From contig CP154954.1 in NCBI GenBank assembly GCA_039621445.1, positions 2,046,001 to 2,110,000 of the forward strand: a stretch of DNA of 64,000 nucleotides, written 5' to 3'. The notes under the pieces are model-generated. The model did not search any database and had not been told where the DNA came from. It worked only from the letters and a program-made list of their open reading frames with translations. The translations under genes and the position numbers were made by a program. This DNA comes from Euglena gracilis. Taxonomy: Eukaryota. Positions within the stretch are counted from its first letter, which is position 1, and each line of letters starts with the position of its first letter. This document shows, in pieces, positions 1 through 11,288 of this stretch.

Positions 1-143
1 AAGGGTTTACCCCTAATTTTCCTTCGACACCAAAGGCGGCAAAGGCCAAAATTTGACCTCCTCTCCAAAGTGTCCCCCCTCCCCTGGAGTGGCCATTTGG
101 GTCCCACGATGCCTGGAGGGTGGCCACTTTGAGGGGGTGAGGG
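1..143. mobile_element. TA-flanked MITE, truncated by window start (same family as 3012-3228)
   Basis: Ends ...GAGGGGGTGAGGG followed by TA; closely similar to the 3' part of 3012-3228. Confidence 0.7.
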
Positions 144-572
144 TAGTGAAATTAAGTTAGTTAAGCTGACCCCCCAAATAATACCCCCCCGGGGTATTAT
201 TTTTTCGCCCGAAGTCCCGGCCCGAGGGGGGGGGGGTATTATTTGGGGGGGGTATTATTTTCCCAAATCTTTCGAAATTTTTCGAAGTCCCGTAAAACCC
301 AAAATAGCACCCAAAACCCTCTTTGGGGTCATTTTTTGCACTTTCTTGTGAAATTTACCATTTTATGGAGGCCAGATGAGCCGGGAAAATTTTTTTTTTC
401 GTAATTTGTTGTCACAGATAATGGTTTTTACCGACATTTTCAGGTCAAAAATCCGGGCCTTTGTCCGGGGTATTATTTAGGCGGCCGAAGTCGGACCCCG
501 AGGCGGGGGTATTATTTGGGGGGGGGTATTATTTGGGGGGGAGTATTATTTGGGGGGTGTTTAACTTCACTG
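144..572. mobile_element. MITE-like element with AGTGAA(A/G)TTAA termini
   Basis: TAGTGAAATTAA at left, TTAACTTCACTG at right; internal AAATAATACCCC / GGGGTATTATTT subrepeats in both orientations. Confidence 0.55.
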
Positions 573-783
573 AGGCAGATGAGGGGGAGGGTTTCCGGGA
601 CCCCCCCCCCCCGGTGGACTTCACCCATGTTCGGACATACCCAAAAATGACCACTTTCGGACCAAAAAGCATTTTTTTTTGTTCAAAAATGGCCCAAAGA
701 TGGCCAAAAATGACCGCTTTTTGGACCCAAAAATCAACGATTTTAGGATGCGTGCCGCCCTTCTCGTGATGGGATGCAACATC

Positions 784-2190
784 ATGGATGCTGCTTCCCG
801 ACTTCCTCCAAAGTGGCATACTTCCCCCGTGACTCCCCCGTGACCCCCCCCCCTCGTGACCCCCCCCCCCGTGACCCGCACCACCCCCTTGGGGTAACCC
901 CCCCCCCTAATTGGCCAGAAGGGGGGTCCGGGCCGCCCGGAGGGCGGCCAGTTGGTAGTAGAAACGCAGGAAGCAGCTTCAATCACTCCCCCTTGGCACA
1001 CCATGCGGAATTGAGCCAGGGTTGACGTTTTTTGTTTTTCAACAAAAAAACGAGTGTATGAGTCGCGGGGGGGGGTCGCGGGGGGGTCGCGGGGGGGGGT
1101 CGCGGGGGGGTCGCGGGGGGGGGGTCGCGGGGGGAACGTGGAAGTTTTGACGGGTCACACGTGACAAGTGTGACCTCTCATACAACGTCACATGGGACCT
1201 ATTTTTAGAACTTTTGGTCCAAAAATAGCTCCAATTAGGAATTTGTCACACATTTTAGGCAATTTTGATTCCTAATTTGGGTGCAAATTCCTAATCAGGT
1301 GCCCTTTTTTGGCTCCTACTGGGATGCGGAAACCCTCCATGTGTGGGTCGCGGGGGGGTCGCGGGGGGGTCGCGGGGGGGGGGGTCGCGGGGGATACACC
1401 CCCAACAAAAAAACATGTTTTCTTTTTTAAAAAAGCAAAATTTGACCTTTTTCCTTGCGAAATGCCCATTTTTTGAGGAAAAGGGTGTATCCCCCGCGAC
1501 CCCCCCCCCCCACCCCCCCGCGACCCCCCTGCGACCCACACATGGAGGGTTTCCACATCCCAGTAGGAGCCAAAAAGTGGCACCTAATTCCTAATTTGCA
1601 CTCAAATTAGGAATCAAAATTGCCAAAAATGTGTGACAAATTCCTAATTGCTATTTTTGGACCCAAAAGTTCTAAAAATAGGTTCCATGTGACGTTGTAT
1701 GAAAGGTCACACTTGTCACACGTGACCCGTCAAAACTTCCACATTCCCCCCGCGACCCCCCCGCGACCCCCCCGCGACCCCCCCCGCGACTCATACACCC
1801 CCACTCATTTTTTTGGTCATCAAAAGTGACGTATTTTTAGTTTTTCCAGCACCTTTAATGGACTACGAAGCTGCAGAGATGAAAAAAAGTAAAAAAAAAG
1901 TTTTAAAAAAATTCCCCCAAACCCCCATGAGGTTTTTTTTAAAAAAAATTTTAAAAAAACATATTTTTTCTTAGGGGGTACTAACCCCGTGCCCCCCCCC
2001 CAGTTACACCCCCGTGACCCCCCCGTGACCTGAGAATCGATCCTTCGCCATTCTTTTTTTTCAACATTTTTTAAAAAAAAAACAATGAACTTTCATGTAT
2101 CCTTCTCCGCCCAATGCGCCTTCACACCCAAAAATGGGGGGTCACGGGGGAAGTATGACACTTTGCAGGTAGCCGGGAGGCAACATCCAT
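784..2190. repeat. Outer inverted-repeat pair enclosing the 1054-1798 foldback element
   Basis: CATGGATGCTGCTTCCCG...CATACTTCCCCCGTGAC (784-833) is an imperfect reverse complement of 2141-2190; related sequence near 12350-12395. Confidence 0.5.
1054..1798. mobile_element. ~745-bp foldback (near-palindromic) element
   Basis: GTGTATGAGTCGCGGGG... mirrored by ...CCCCGCGACTCATACAC; arms complementary almost to the centre (~1425). Confidence 0.8.
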
Positions 2191-3011
2191 GACGTGGCAT
2201 CGCGATAAAATTGGTCATTTTTTGAAAAGGGAATTTTGTTAGGATTTTCTTGACCAACACGTTTTTGGGATGAAGTTTGGGCCATTTTTGACAAAATTCC
2301 GTTTTGGGTGGGGAAATGCACCAGTTTTTGGCACTTCTTTCAGGGGAAAAGATTTTTGGCCCCCGCCCCGTGACCCCCCCCATGACCCCCCCGCGACCCG
2401 CACCACCCCCTTAAAAAACGGCTTGTTTTTTTTTTTTTAAAAAACAAGCCGTTTTTTTTAAAAAAAATTTTCATCTGTCTCGGGGGGGTTGGAAGTGGGG
2501 GGGGGTCCCGGGAGGGGGGGGTTGGAACTGTACAGGGGGGGGAGGGGGGGTCCCAAGGTTTGACCAACTGTACTGCCTTGTCCTCCTTGGAGGGTCCACT
2601 GTAATCGGCAGCGCATCATTCATCGCACGTGGGACGCCATTCTGGGTGCACCGAAATTTTTTTGAAAAAGCCCTTTTCGGTGTTTGCCCGGCGTTCCGTT
2701 TTTTGTTGTTTTTTTTTTCCCAAAGTGAACAGGTACCTCCAGGTACACAGGGGGGGGGTCTCGGGAGTAAACTGAACAGTGGGGGGAGGAGGGGTCCTGG
2801 GGTCCCGAAGTGGACTATCTGGCCTCCATCGGCCGATTGAAGTTTTCACATGTCTGATGCCATGTTCCCCATCAATCGAAAGCTCTTCTCAAGGGCTTTT
2901 GACAGATGGCCACAGGATTCCGCCATACCGTTAATGCACACAGCGCTTGCTTTCAGCGATTGTGTATTCCAAAATTTGACATCTCACACCTCAGGTGCCA
3001 TGCATCATATA

Positions 3012-3228
3012 TCCTCACCCCCCCCCTCAAAGTGTCCCCCCTCCCAAAGTGGCCAAAAGGTTTGGCAAATTTTGGTTTATACCCCCTCAAAGTGGCAATT
3101 TTCCTTCGGCGCCAAAGGCGCCGAAGGCCAAAATTTGACCCCCCCCCAAAAGTGTCCCCCCTCCCAGAGTGGCCATTTGGGGTCCCATGGTGCCTAGAGG
3201 GTGGCCACTTTGAGGGGGGGGGTGAGGG
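3012..3228. mobile_element. Tc1/mariner-like MITE
   Basis: TA|TCCTCACCCCCC CCTCAAAGTG ... CACTTTGAGGGGGGGGGTGAGGG|TA. Confidence 0.75.
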
Positions 3229-3547
3229 TAAATTAAAAACGTGTTCAGCCCGCCAAATGCCTGCCCTGGAATTCGTGGTCATGAACACGTTTTCAATGAG
3301 GGCATTTGTGCCAATGACACGTTTTCAGTGAAGGCATCTGTGTTCAGGCACGTTTTCAGTGAGGGCATCTGTGGCAACCCCCAGCAAGAAAAATCGGTGT
3401 GCAAAATCGCAATCATGAAAAATCGGCGTGCGGTTGAGAGGCCGGGTGGTCCTCAACGGGTGAGGCGGGTCGGGGGCACTCTACAACACGAAGACGACAA
3501 CAAGAAGGCTAGGTTGCCTTGGCAGAACGACAGGGAAGGGGCGAAAA

Positions 3548-3751
3548 TCACGGCACACAACAGGCTTTACACAGAAAAGAGCCATACTTTGGTGGCCGCC
3601 GCAAATCTTGGCAATGAAAATGATATGCCAAACCGCAGGCGTCACAGACAACTTTGTTCAGCTCCACACAATTTGGATTTTTCGGAATGGCAACACCACA
3701 GAAACCACATTTCTCCTGTTTTACCGGGGGTAGCCAAAAGTCGTCTGGCAT
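3548..3751 (-). CDS. PHD-finger (C4HC3) coding fragment, possibly transposon-borne
   Basis: CGFC...CDAC GLAYHFHC...FLCKAC matches the PHD Cys4-His-Cys3 spacing; true gene boundaries not determined. Confidence 0.7.
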   Translation of the reverse strand: MPDDFWLPPVKQEKCGFCGVAIPKNPNCVELNKVVCDACGLAYHFHCQDLRRPPKYGSFLCKACCVP

Positions 3752-4004
3752 TAAAGGCCGACCGGCTTTTACCCGTGCGGTTTTATGCCGCCCCCTTGCC
3801 CTCCACCCGTCGGGCTTAATCCCGCCCCCCTCCCCGGAGGGGTACGACCGGTTTTATTCCGACCCTGCTATACTCCGCACCCAGCCCTTGCGGTAAAAAA
3901 GTGAATCAGTGAAAGTGAGTCAAGGCACGCAAGTGCTCACCGTTCACCGAGGCCGTGGGCCGGGCTTTACCGCCGCCTCCTGCGGTCTCCTCCGCCAGCC
4001 GTCT

Positions 4005-4332
4005 AAAATTTTCGACTCACGGGGGCTGAAGGTCAAAGTTTTCGGACCCGGGGGGGGGGGGGCTGAAAATCAAAATTTTCAGTCACAGGGGGGATGAAAA
4101 TTGAAATTTTAACTCTCACGGGGGGGGCTCAAAAAATTTTGAGTCTCGGGGGGGGGCTGAAAATTAAAATTGTCAGTCTCATTGGGGGGTGAAAATTAAA
4201 AATTTCAGTCTCACGGGGGGGGTGAAAATTTGAATTATCAGTGTCACGGGGGGGCAGAAAATTAAATTTCTTCAGTCGCACAAGGGGGGGGGCAGAAAAT
4301 TGAAATTTTCAGTCTCACAGGGGGGCTGAAAA
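4005..4332 (+). repeat. Minisatellite of ~31-33-bp units
   Basis: About ten degenerate copies of AAAATTGAAATTTTCAGTCTCACGGGGGGG. Confidence 0.8.
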
Positions 4333-5981
4333 AGCTTGTTGCTTCATGTTGGGATTGTTCCTGTTGCAACTGCTGCTGGGATTTTTCCTGTAGCAGGTGG
4401 TGCTGGCATTCTGCTGTCAGATGGTGGGGCTTTTCAGGCAGCAAATACTGATGGTAATTTCCCTGCTGCAAATGCTGCTGGGATTTCCCCTTCAACTGAT
4501 GGTCATGTTGATGTCGCTGGCATTTCCCAGCTGACAATACAAACATGCACTTCTGCTGGGATTTTTCTGGTCGCAAATGTTGGGATTTCCCATGAACTGT
4601 AGCAAAAGATTGATGGGGGAAGAGAGGCAGATATAGTGAGGAGGGGAACTTTGACAGGTGTCCCATGTGTTTTTTCCATCTGGGGAATGCAACAAAACAA
4701 GGCAGGGTTGCATGGAGGTGAGCGGGGTCTTAAAATGACGATTATGAAATTATTTGATTGGGACGCCACTTGGTCTGCTTGAGGGGTAAAACGCGAGGGG
4801 GGGCTGAATGCTTGGGGAAGTAGTGATTGATGGAAGAGGGGTGAGGGGGAGTTTACTAGGGGGTGGGGGGCGGAGGAAAAAAATAAGATAAAGAGTCATG
4901 GGAGTGTGAGGATGAAAAATAATTGTCTTTCGCAGGGGATAAAAAGTTCACCCAGTTTGACGGGCTGAATGGGGGATTTTGTCGAAGAGGGGAAAATTAA
5001 ATTTGTCTCAGAATAGGGGGGGGTGAAAATTGGAAGGGTGTGGGGCTTGGCGGGGCTGGGGGGAGGGATTGAAATGTTTTCTCCGTTGAAAGGGGGGGGT
5101 TGTTGAAAAAATAGTTGTTAATTTGATAAGTTGTTCCGTGGATTTATGACAGGTGGAAGTTGGGGGATTTGATGGGGGTGGGGGGGGGGAAAACAGGCAA
5201 TGAAGCTGGGAATGTTATTCCCTTAAATGCTGGATCAAGGATGGAGTGGGGTGGGATGTCGCATGTTTGCAATGATACAAACATGGTCTGATTTTTTTCG
5301 AAATTTGGGATTTATTTCCCAACCAGATTTGAACTGTACAGGCAATTGTGAGTCACTGGGAGATGCAATGGAAAGATGTGACTGGGGAGGGGTGCATCCC
5401 CCACTTTGACAGACCCAGTGTCCCATGTGTTTTCATTTCCCCTGGGGAATGCAACAACAACAAGGCAAAGATGTGGCATGGAAGTCCCTGTCTTAATAAT
5501 GTCTTGACAGAGGTCGATGATCGACATGGTGCCATTGTCGGTACACCTTGGCTGCTGGGGCTGCCTGTGGCTATACTCCTGCTGCTGGGGCGGCCTCTGG
5601 CAAGCAAGTTCGACTGCTCGAGCTTCTTGAACTTGAATCTTGCTTGGACTTGTACTTGATAGTGATAACTAATTCACACCTGAGGTTTTGTCCAACAATG
5701 TCTTCGGGCTTCAACATACCCCACCAGGGGCTTTCACTTGTCCGACATGACATGCGAAAAAAATAGACACTCAGAAAGAAATATGGGACAGGTGGTAAAT
5801 TGTCTGGCGTGGTTCTTAATTCGTTCGGCGCAGCCTGTTTCGCGATCTGCGATACCTCGACCAGACTAAAGCCGTCAGGACAAATGTTGCCCCCACAGTT
5901 GTGAGTCGTCGGGACTTATGTCGCCCCTTGGATGGGGTCGACAATAAGCTCGGGCGGTCATTAAGCCCCTCCGGGATTTGG

Positions 5982-6236
5982 CTACCCCCGGTATAGGCAG
6001 TCGGGACACAGCACGAGGCACAGGGGGTTGGTCATCTCGTTGAAGTGGGGGAATTGGCGCTCTGAGGAAGGCAAGACTACTCCCTCGGTCGTTGTTTTGC
6101 GGAATGCCCGAGCGACGGCATTCATGTATGTCTGAAAAGAGGTTGCCGAACGATTCCCTGAAACGAACAAAGTTCCCGACTGCTGCTCAAGTTGAGCCAC
6201 ACATTGTTCGATGACGCTCGCCTCATCGAACAACGG
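5982..6236 (-). pseudogene. Fragment homologous to the tyrosine-recombinase-like ORF at 8.4-9.3 kb
   Basis: LFDEASVIEQC...RSATSFQTYMNAVARAF...VVLPSSERQFPHFNE aligns by eye with LFDDEADVKSC...LSADSWRSYVNGMMRAY...IVLPAFVDRQFTLRNE. Confidence 0.55.
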
Positions 6237-6253
6237 GCTGGGTTAGGGTTAGG

Positions 6254-7260
6254 CATTTTCCTTCATAGTTTCTCCGTGGTTCCGAAAACAGCCATGCCGC
6301 GCTGTTTTGGGCCATAAATTGGCCATATTTTGGGCCAGGCGGGGAGTTGCGGGGAAATCAAAACACAATTAGATAGAGCATCGTAAGGGCTCGTAAGGGC
6401 CTCAATTTAGGTCTCAACGTGGTTTTTTGACCCCCCAAAAAAACAGCCCAAAATGGCCCAAAAACGGGCCAAAATGGGCCAAAAAATGGCCGTAACTCGG
6501 GCTACACGAAGAGTCGAGGGAAAAGAAAACCATGGTTGGATACAGCGTTCCAAAGGCTTCATTTTTGCTCTCCGGACATTCTTTTATTTTACTTCATTGT
6601 CGAGATATTTGAAAAAAATCGATTTTTTTTGACCCAGAAACAGCCCAAAAAAAACACTGCAAAATGCCCGTTCTGAGTTGCAAAAGCGCGCCGGAACACG
6701 GGCCAGGCGTGTCGGCAGCCAAAACGGTGATTATGGGGCGGTGATAGAGGGCCTCCGGGGGTGCATTTCGTCAGACCTACATTTCTGGAAAAATTGTACG
6801 TTTTCTGAGATATTTTGGACCCCAGCGAAGTGGCAGAGTCGGAAGAGGGGGCGGGGCAGTCCTACCCAGTGAATAACTCAGGCCTGGCAGGGAGTTGCAG
6901 GTCAAACGGAGGTGATTCGGAAACTGAGATCCAGTCGCTCGCAACTGGAAAAAAAAATTCGGGACCCGGGTCATGGTGATAATTTGCCGGTTCTCCTGGT
7001 GGCCCCGACCCGGGGGGGGACGACCCCCCTTTTCCGCAGTGGAAAGGTTCGCTCTTACACATAAAAGGATAAGAGCTCAGCGACCCCCCCATACCTCCCA
7101 TAAACCGTTTCCTGGTTTCTTTTTCAGTAAACCGTGGGAGTCGTGATAATCAAAAAATGCGGGAATGCTGTGGACCCACCCCCACATCCCCCCATTGAAA
7201 ATGCCAAATATTAGTAAAAATTGCAACTAACCAGAATTCCTGTTTTGATTACCAAATACA
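6254..7260 (+). repeat. ~1-kb solo copy of half of the 2.15-kb tandem unit
   Basis: Nearly identical to ~36704-37710 (CATTTTCCTTCATAG...GATTACCAAATACA). Confidence 0.9.
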
Positions 7261-8323
7261 ATGGGGGTACCAGTTTTGAGGGGGGGGGATTTTTGCACAA
7301 TTCACCATTTTTGTATTTCTGGCCAAAAGTGGGGGAGGGAAATTATCAACCAGGGAAAATTACCATGCCCCCCCCATGGGAACAGCACAGGGGGGGGGGA
7401 CTAGGTCCTAGGCCCCCTCCCAATTCCCATACCATCCCAATTCCATGGTCATGATGATATGGCCACGGTTTTCATTTCCTTACCCAGGGACTGAGTCTGT
7501 GTTAAAGTCTGTGTCAAAGTCTGGGTTAGACGCCTGCCTGATGGTGCCAGGCAACCCAGCCCGGTCGGTGCTCCCCCCCCCGACCCGCCCGATTGCCTGG
7601 AGGTCCGGATTTGGAACAAAACGGCCTTGCACTACAACCGTCGGATCGTTTTCCTTGGTCGAAAGTCCCCCCCCACTTTTCGGTTGAGAAATGGCAATCC
7701 GTAACCCGTTTGAAAATTTCCCCCCAAAAATTTTGGCTGCTCCAACCCTTGTTTGAGGCTTTTTTGGCACGAAGTGTTTAACTCCCTAGTTTTCGCGGGG
7801 GGGGGGGGGGCAAAATATCCGGAAACCAAAATCTGTTTGGCACAGGTCCCTTAAAATTTCCCATCTAAAGGTATTTTGACTTCCCCGCAACTCCCGCCAA
7901 GCTCGGGGACGGCCCAAAAAACAGCACTTCAGACTTCCGGCTCTGCCGTTTTCTGTCATTTTTCCGGGCCACCATAACTGACTGAAACTTGGCACCCAAA
8001 CATGGCACAAAATGGGCCGAAAGAGGTCTGAAGGAAGCAGGCGTTACCCCCCCCCCTTTATTGTCCCACCGACCTGCCCTCGGGAGGCCCGATCGGACAA
8101 TATGGGGGGGGGGGGACAATAAGACCGTACCATAGGAATTTCATTGGCCGGGCCAAAAAAAACCCCGTCGTCCGGGGCCCGACAATGGAGATCAGGCGGT
8201 AACTTTTGGGGTCCCGGACCCCCCGTCCCCCCCCCCCAGGTTAAGTTCACTGTTTAAAACCAATTTCCTGGGCCCGACGCCTGTCTTGAATTTCTACAGA
8301 CACTAACGGATTTCAGGCTGAAT

Positions 8324-8412
8324 CCGTTAGTGTAAAACGATTTCCAAGACAGGCGACCGTTAGTGTAAAACGATTTCCAAGACGGCGTACGTTTTCTTGA
8401 AAAAACTGACAA
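8324..8412 (+). repeat. 33-bp tandem repeat (2 copies) plus tail; direct repeat of 9373-9580
   Basis: CCGTTAGTGTAAAACGATTTCCAAGAC units ending GGCGTACGTTTTCTTGA...TGACAA. Confidence 0.85.
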
Positions 8413-9323
8413 GCGTGGTCAGCCGACTCAAAACCTCGGCACGCAAACCCGTCCTGAATCCAAAAATCAGCAAATTCCAACGTTGTTTGCGTCAAAACCA
8501 GGGGTTTTTTTTAAGGATATATTGGGATATTGGGATATACTTTTCGGCGCCAAAGGCGCCGAAAAAAGTGCTATTTTTAGCACTTTTCGCGATTTTTCGG
8601 CCATTTTTTGTGGGTCCCCCGGGGGGCCCCCTAGGGGCCCCCCCAGGGGGCCCCTAGGAGGTGGGTGGGTGGGGGGGACCCCCCCCTCCCCCCTGGCACC
8701 CCCCCGGGGGTCCACGACTAAAAAAAAACCCCTGGTCAAAACGTGTTCGGAGGGACAGAAGTTCCCAGGTGTCGTCCGTTGAGCAGCTTCCGTGGCACGC
8801 ACCCCTCTTTCACGTTTGAGCACCGGGGCAGCAAATTCATTCCGCAACGTAAATTGACGATCCACGAAGGCAGGCAAGACAATTTTTGGGACCGTTGCAT
8901 TGTACGCCCTCATCATGCCGTTCACATAACTTCGCCAGGAGTCTGCAGAAAGTTCTTTTAGTGAGAAGTTCTGTGTGGCCCGCTGTTGTTTGCAACTTTT
9001 CACGTCAGCCTCATCGTCAAACAAATACACCGGAAAAATGGTGCGACGAGCCCAACCTCGCAAATATTCGTCCAACGAGTCATATTTTAACCCGTTATCC
9101 TCACAAAAATCGACAAAAGTCAGAAAATGCAGGATGCCGGATCGTTGACGCCTTGCGCTCCGGAAAGTCTCTTGGTTTCTTTCTTAGCAAACAAGGGGCC
9201 GTTCACCGGGTCATCTGCCTCCTGCTTACCGCCCTCAGAAATTTTGCGGATCGCAGCAACAAATTCTTCAGGGGGCGGAGGTTTCAGTCCGGCCAACACC
9301 ACAAGGTTCGCCCGTTTAGCCAT
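8395..9323 (-). pseudogene. Tyrosine-recombinase-like (Crypton/DIRS-type) N-terminal region: frameshifted, MITE-interrupted, truncated
   Basis: ATG at 9323, frameshift near 9185, then ...ILHFLTFVDFCEDNGLKYDSLDEYLRGW...LSADSWRSYVNGMMRAY (core-binding-domain-like). After removing the 8499-8734 MITE it continues EHVLTQTTLEFADFWIQDGFACRGFE (box-I-like R at ~8437). Family call is by eye only. Confidence 0.5.
8499..8734. mobile_element. hAT-like MITE
   Basis: TIR CAGGGGTTTTTTT/AAAAAAACCCCTG; perfect 8-bp TSD GTCAAAAC (8491-8498, 8735-8742). Confidence 0.92.
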
Positions 9324-9372
9324 TAAGAACAACTGAGGACAAGAAGAACATATCACCATCAGCAAAGAGCAA

Positions 9373-9580
9373 ACAATTTCCAAGACAGGGATCCGTTAGT
9401 GTAAAACGATTTCCAAGGCAGGGATCCGTTAGTGTAAAACGATTTCCAAGACAGGCGACCGTTAGTGTAAAACGATTTCCAAGACAGGGATCCGTTGGTG
9501 TAAAACAATTTCCAAGACAGGGATCCGTTAGTGCAAAACGATTTCCAAGACGGCGTACGTTTTCTTGAGAAAAATGACAA
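9373..9580 (+). repeat. 33-bp tandem repeat (~5.5 copies)
   Basis: Head-to-tail CCGTTAGTGTAAAACGATTTCCAAGACAGGGAT with no spacers. Confidence 0.9.
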
Positions 9581-11288
9581 AACCGGCCAAAACTCAAGCC
9601 AGGTGCATCGGTCGAATGAATTTTCAAGACAGGCGTGCGGGCCCAGACGAAATAGGTTTTTATAAATCAAAAAAACGTCAAAAGTACCCCCGTACTGCCT
9701 AACCTCCAATGGTCGGGCCGACCAATGGTCGGGTCGACCGAGGTCGGTACGACCTCCAGGATCCTCATAGCCAATTATCCGCCCGGGGCCCAAAGGGCCG
9801 AATCGACTTCACTGCTCCTTGTTGTACCCCCCCCCCTCCATTGTCCACCGACCTGCTCCCCGGAGGCCCGATCGGACAATAGGGGGGGGGGACAATTGGG
9901 GGCTTAAAAGTCGGCTCGACCCATCAGCACATCAGAGTGGGTGTTTCGCCGACCAACCGGCCGACTGCTCCTCCCCTCCCAGCGTCATTGCACAAGTGTC
10001 AGGACACTTTCGTAAAGGATGCTCCAAACCAACGCCAAATGGATGTTGTGGAGGTGCTATTTTGAGCATGTGAACGAAAAAAAGCTTATTTTAGGTGGGA
10101 ACAGTAAGGAGGAAGGAGCTCATCCCCGGGGCCAGAGGGTGGGAATAATAAAGGGGGGGCGTGGTTTGGGTCATGGGGTGGGGTGACAGCATGAACACCA
10201 CAATTTCTGTGTCCACCAAACCAGATTTTTGGTGAAAAAATCCATAAATCAGGAATCCCACCTGTGACTTTGGCGCCAAATTCGGAATCACCAACCCAAA
10301 TTTGAAAAATTCATGTGTCAATGCTGGGGAATCTGTCTGAAAATTTATCAAAGGGGGGAACACTCGGGGGGGGGGGGAACAGCTCCATGGGGGTATGGCA
10401 AAATTTGGTCCAGCCCGGGAGGTTTGGCACGTCTGACGAGGACTCTCGGCCACCATGGAAGTGGGAGGTCCCCATTTTGCCACAACAAGGGGGTCACACC
10501 TCCAAGGGTGTGTCTGTCGCAGCGGAGAGCCAAACTTTCCAAAGGAAATTTTGTTGGTGTGGTTGGTGTGGTTCGGCATGCCGTGCCGAGGGGGTCGGTC
10601 GACCATGGTGGGTTCCCATTTTGCCGAGCCGTTTCAACCCCATTGAATTTTCCAAAAAGGCGCGTGAAAACGCGATTTTTGGGCCTTTTTCAAGCCTTTT
10701 TATTTCACTCGACCCCAAGGGGGGGCTCCCAGCCCGAATTTGGGCTGCTGGCTGGATTTGAGCTGCTGGCTGGCTGGACCACCCCCAGGGGATGTGGTCC
10801 CCTTCGGCTTAAGAAAACCCCTGGGTGAGATGAACGTTCCTTTTCAAAGAAAAAATCAACGTTTTTTTCAAAAAAGAAAACAGGGTTTTATGGTGCTTTT
10901 TTTACACGTTTTTGTTTCAAAAGAACAGAAAAACATGCGAGCTCCACCCCCCTCGGGGGGGGGGGGGCAGGGTAAATGAGGGGTGGTTCTGGGGGGGGGG
11001 CAGACCACCCCCTTTTTTAAAAAAAAAAAACCACAAAAAACCAAAATAAAAACAATTTTTGTTTTTCGACATATACCCCCAATGGCATTTTCTTTTCTCA
11101 AAAAAAAACATGATTTTAAAACTTCGTTTTATGGGCTGGCTGACGGCGTGACAGCATCTGGGTGGACCAGTTCCAAATTTGGTGCAAATTCTAATTTGGT
11201 GTAATTTTGAAAGGTCAAATGCCTAATTTCATGTGCTAACTGACTGCCTGGGGGGGACCCAAGGGCAGGACCCTTTCAATTGAAGGTA

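Noticed and set aside
4335-5760. Low-complexity EIPA/GKIPA and S/A-rich peptides on the minus strand
   Set aside because: Interrupted by stops and not recognisable
9373-9580. CRISPR-like 33-bp repeats
   Set aside because: Head-to-tail with no unique spacers, no cas genes, eukaryotic context
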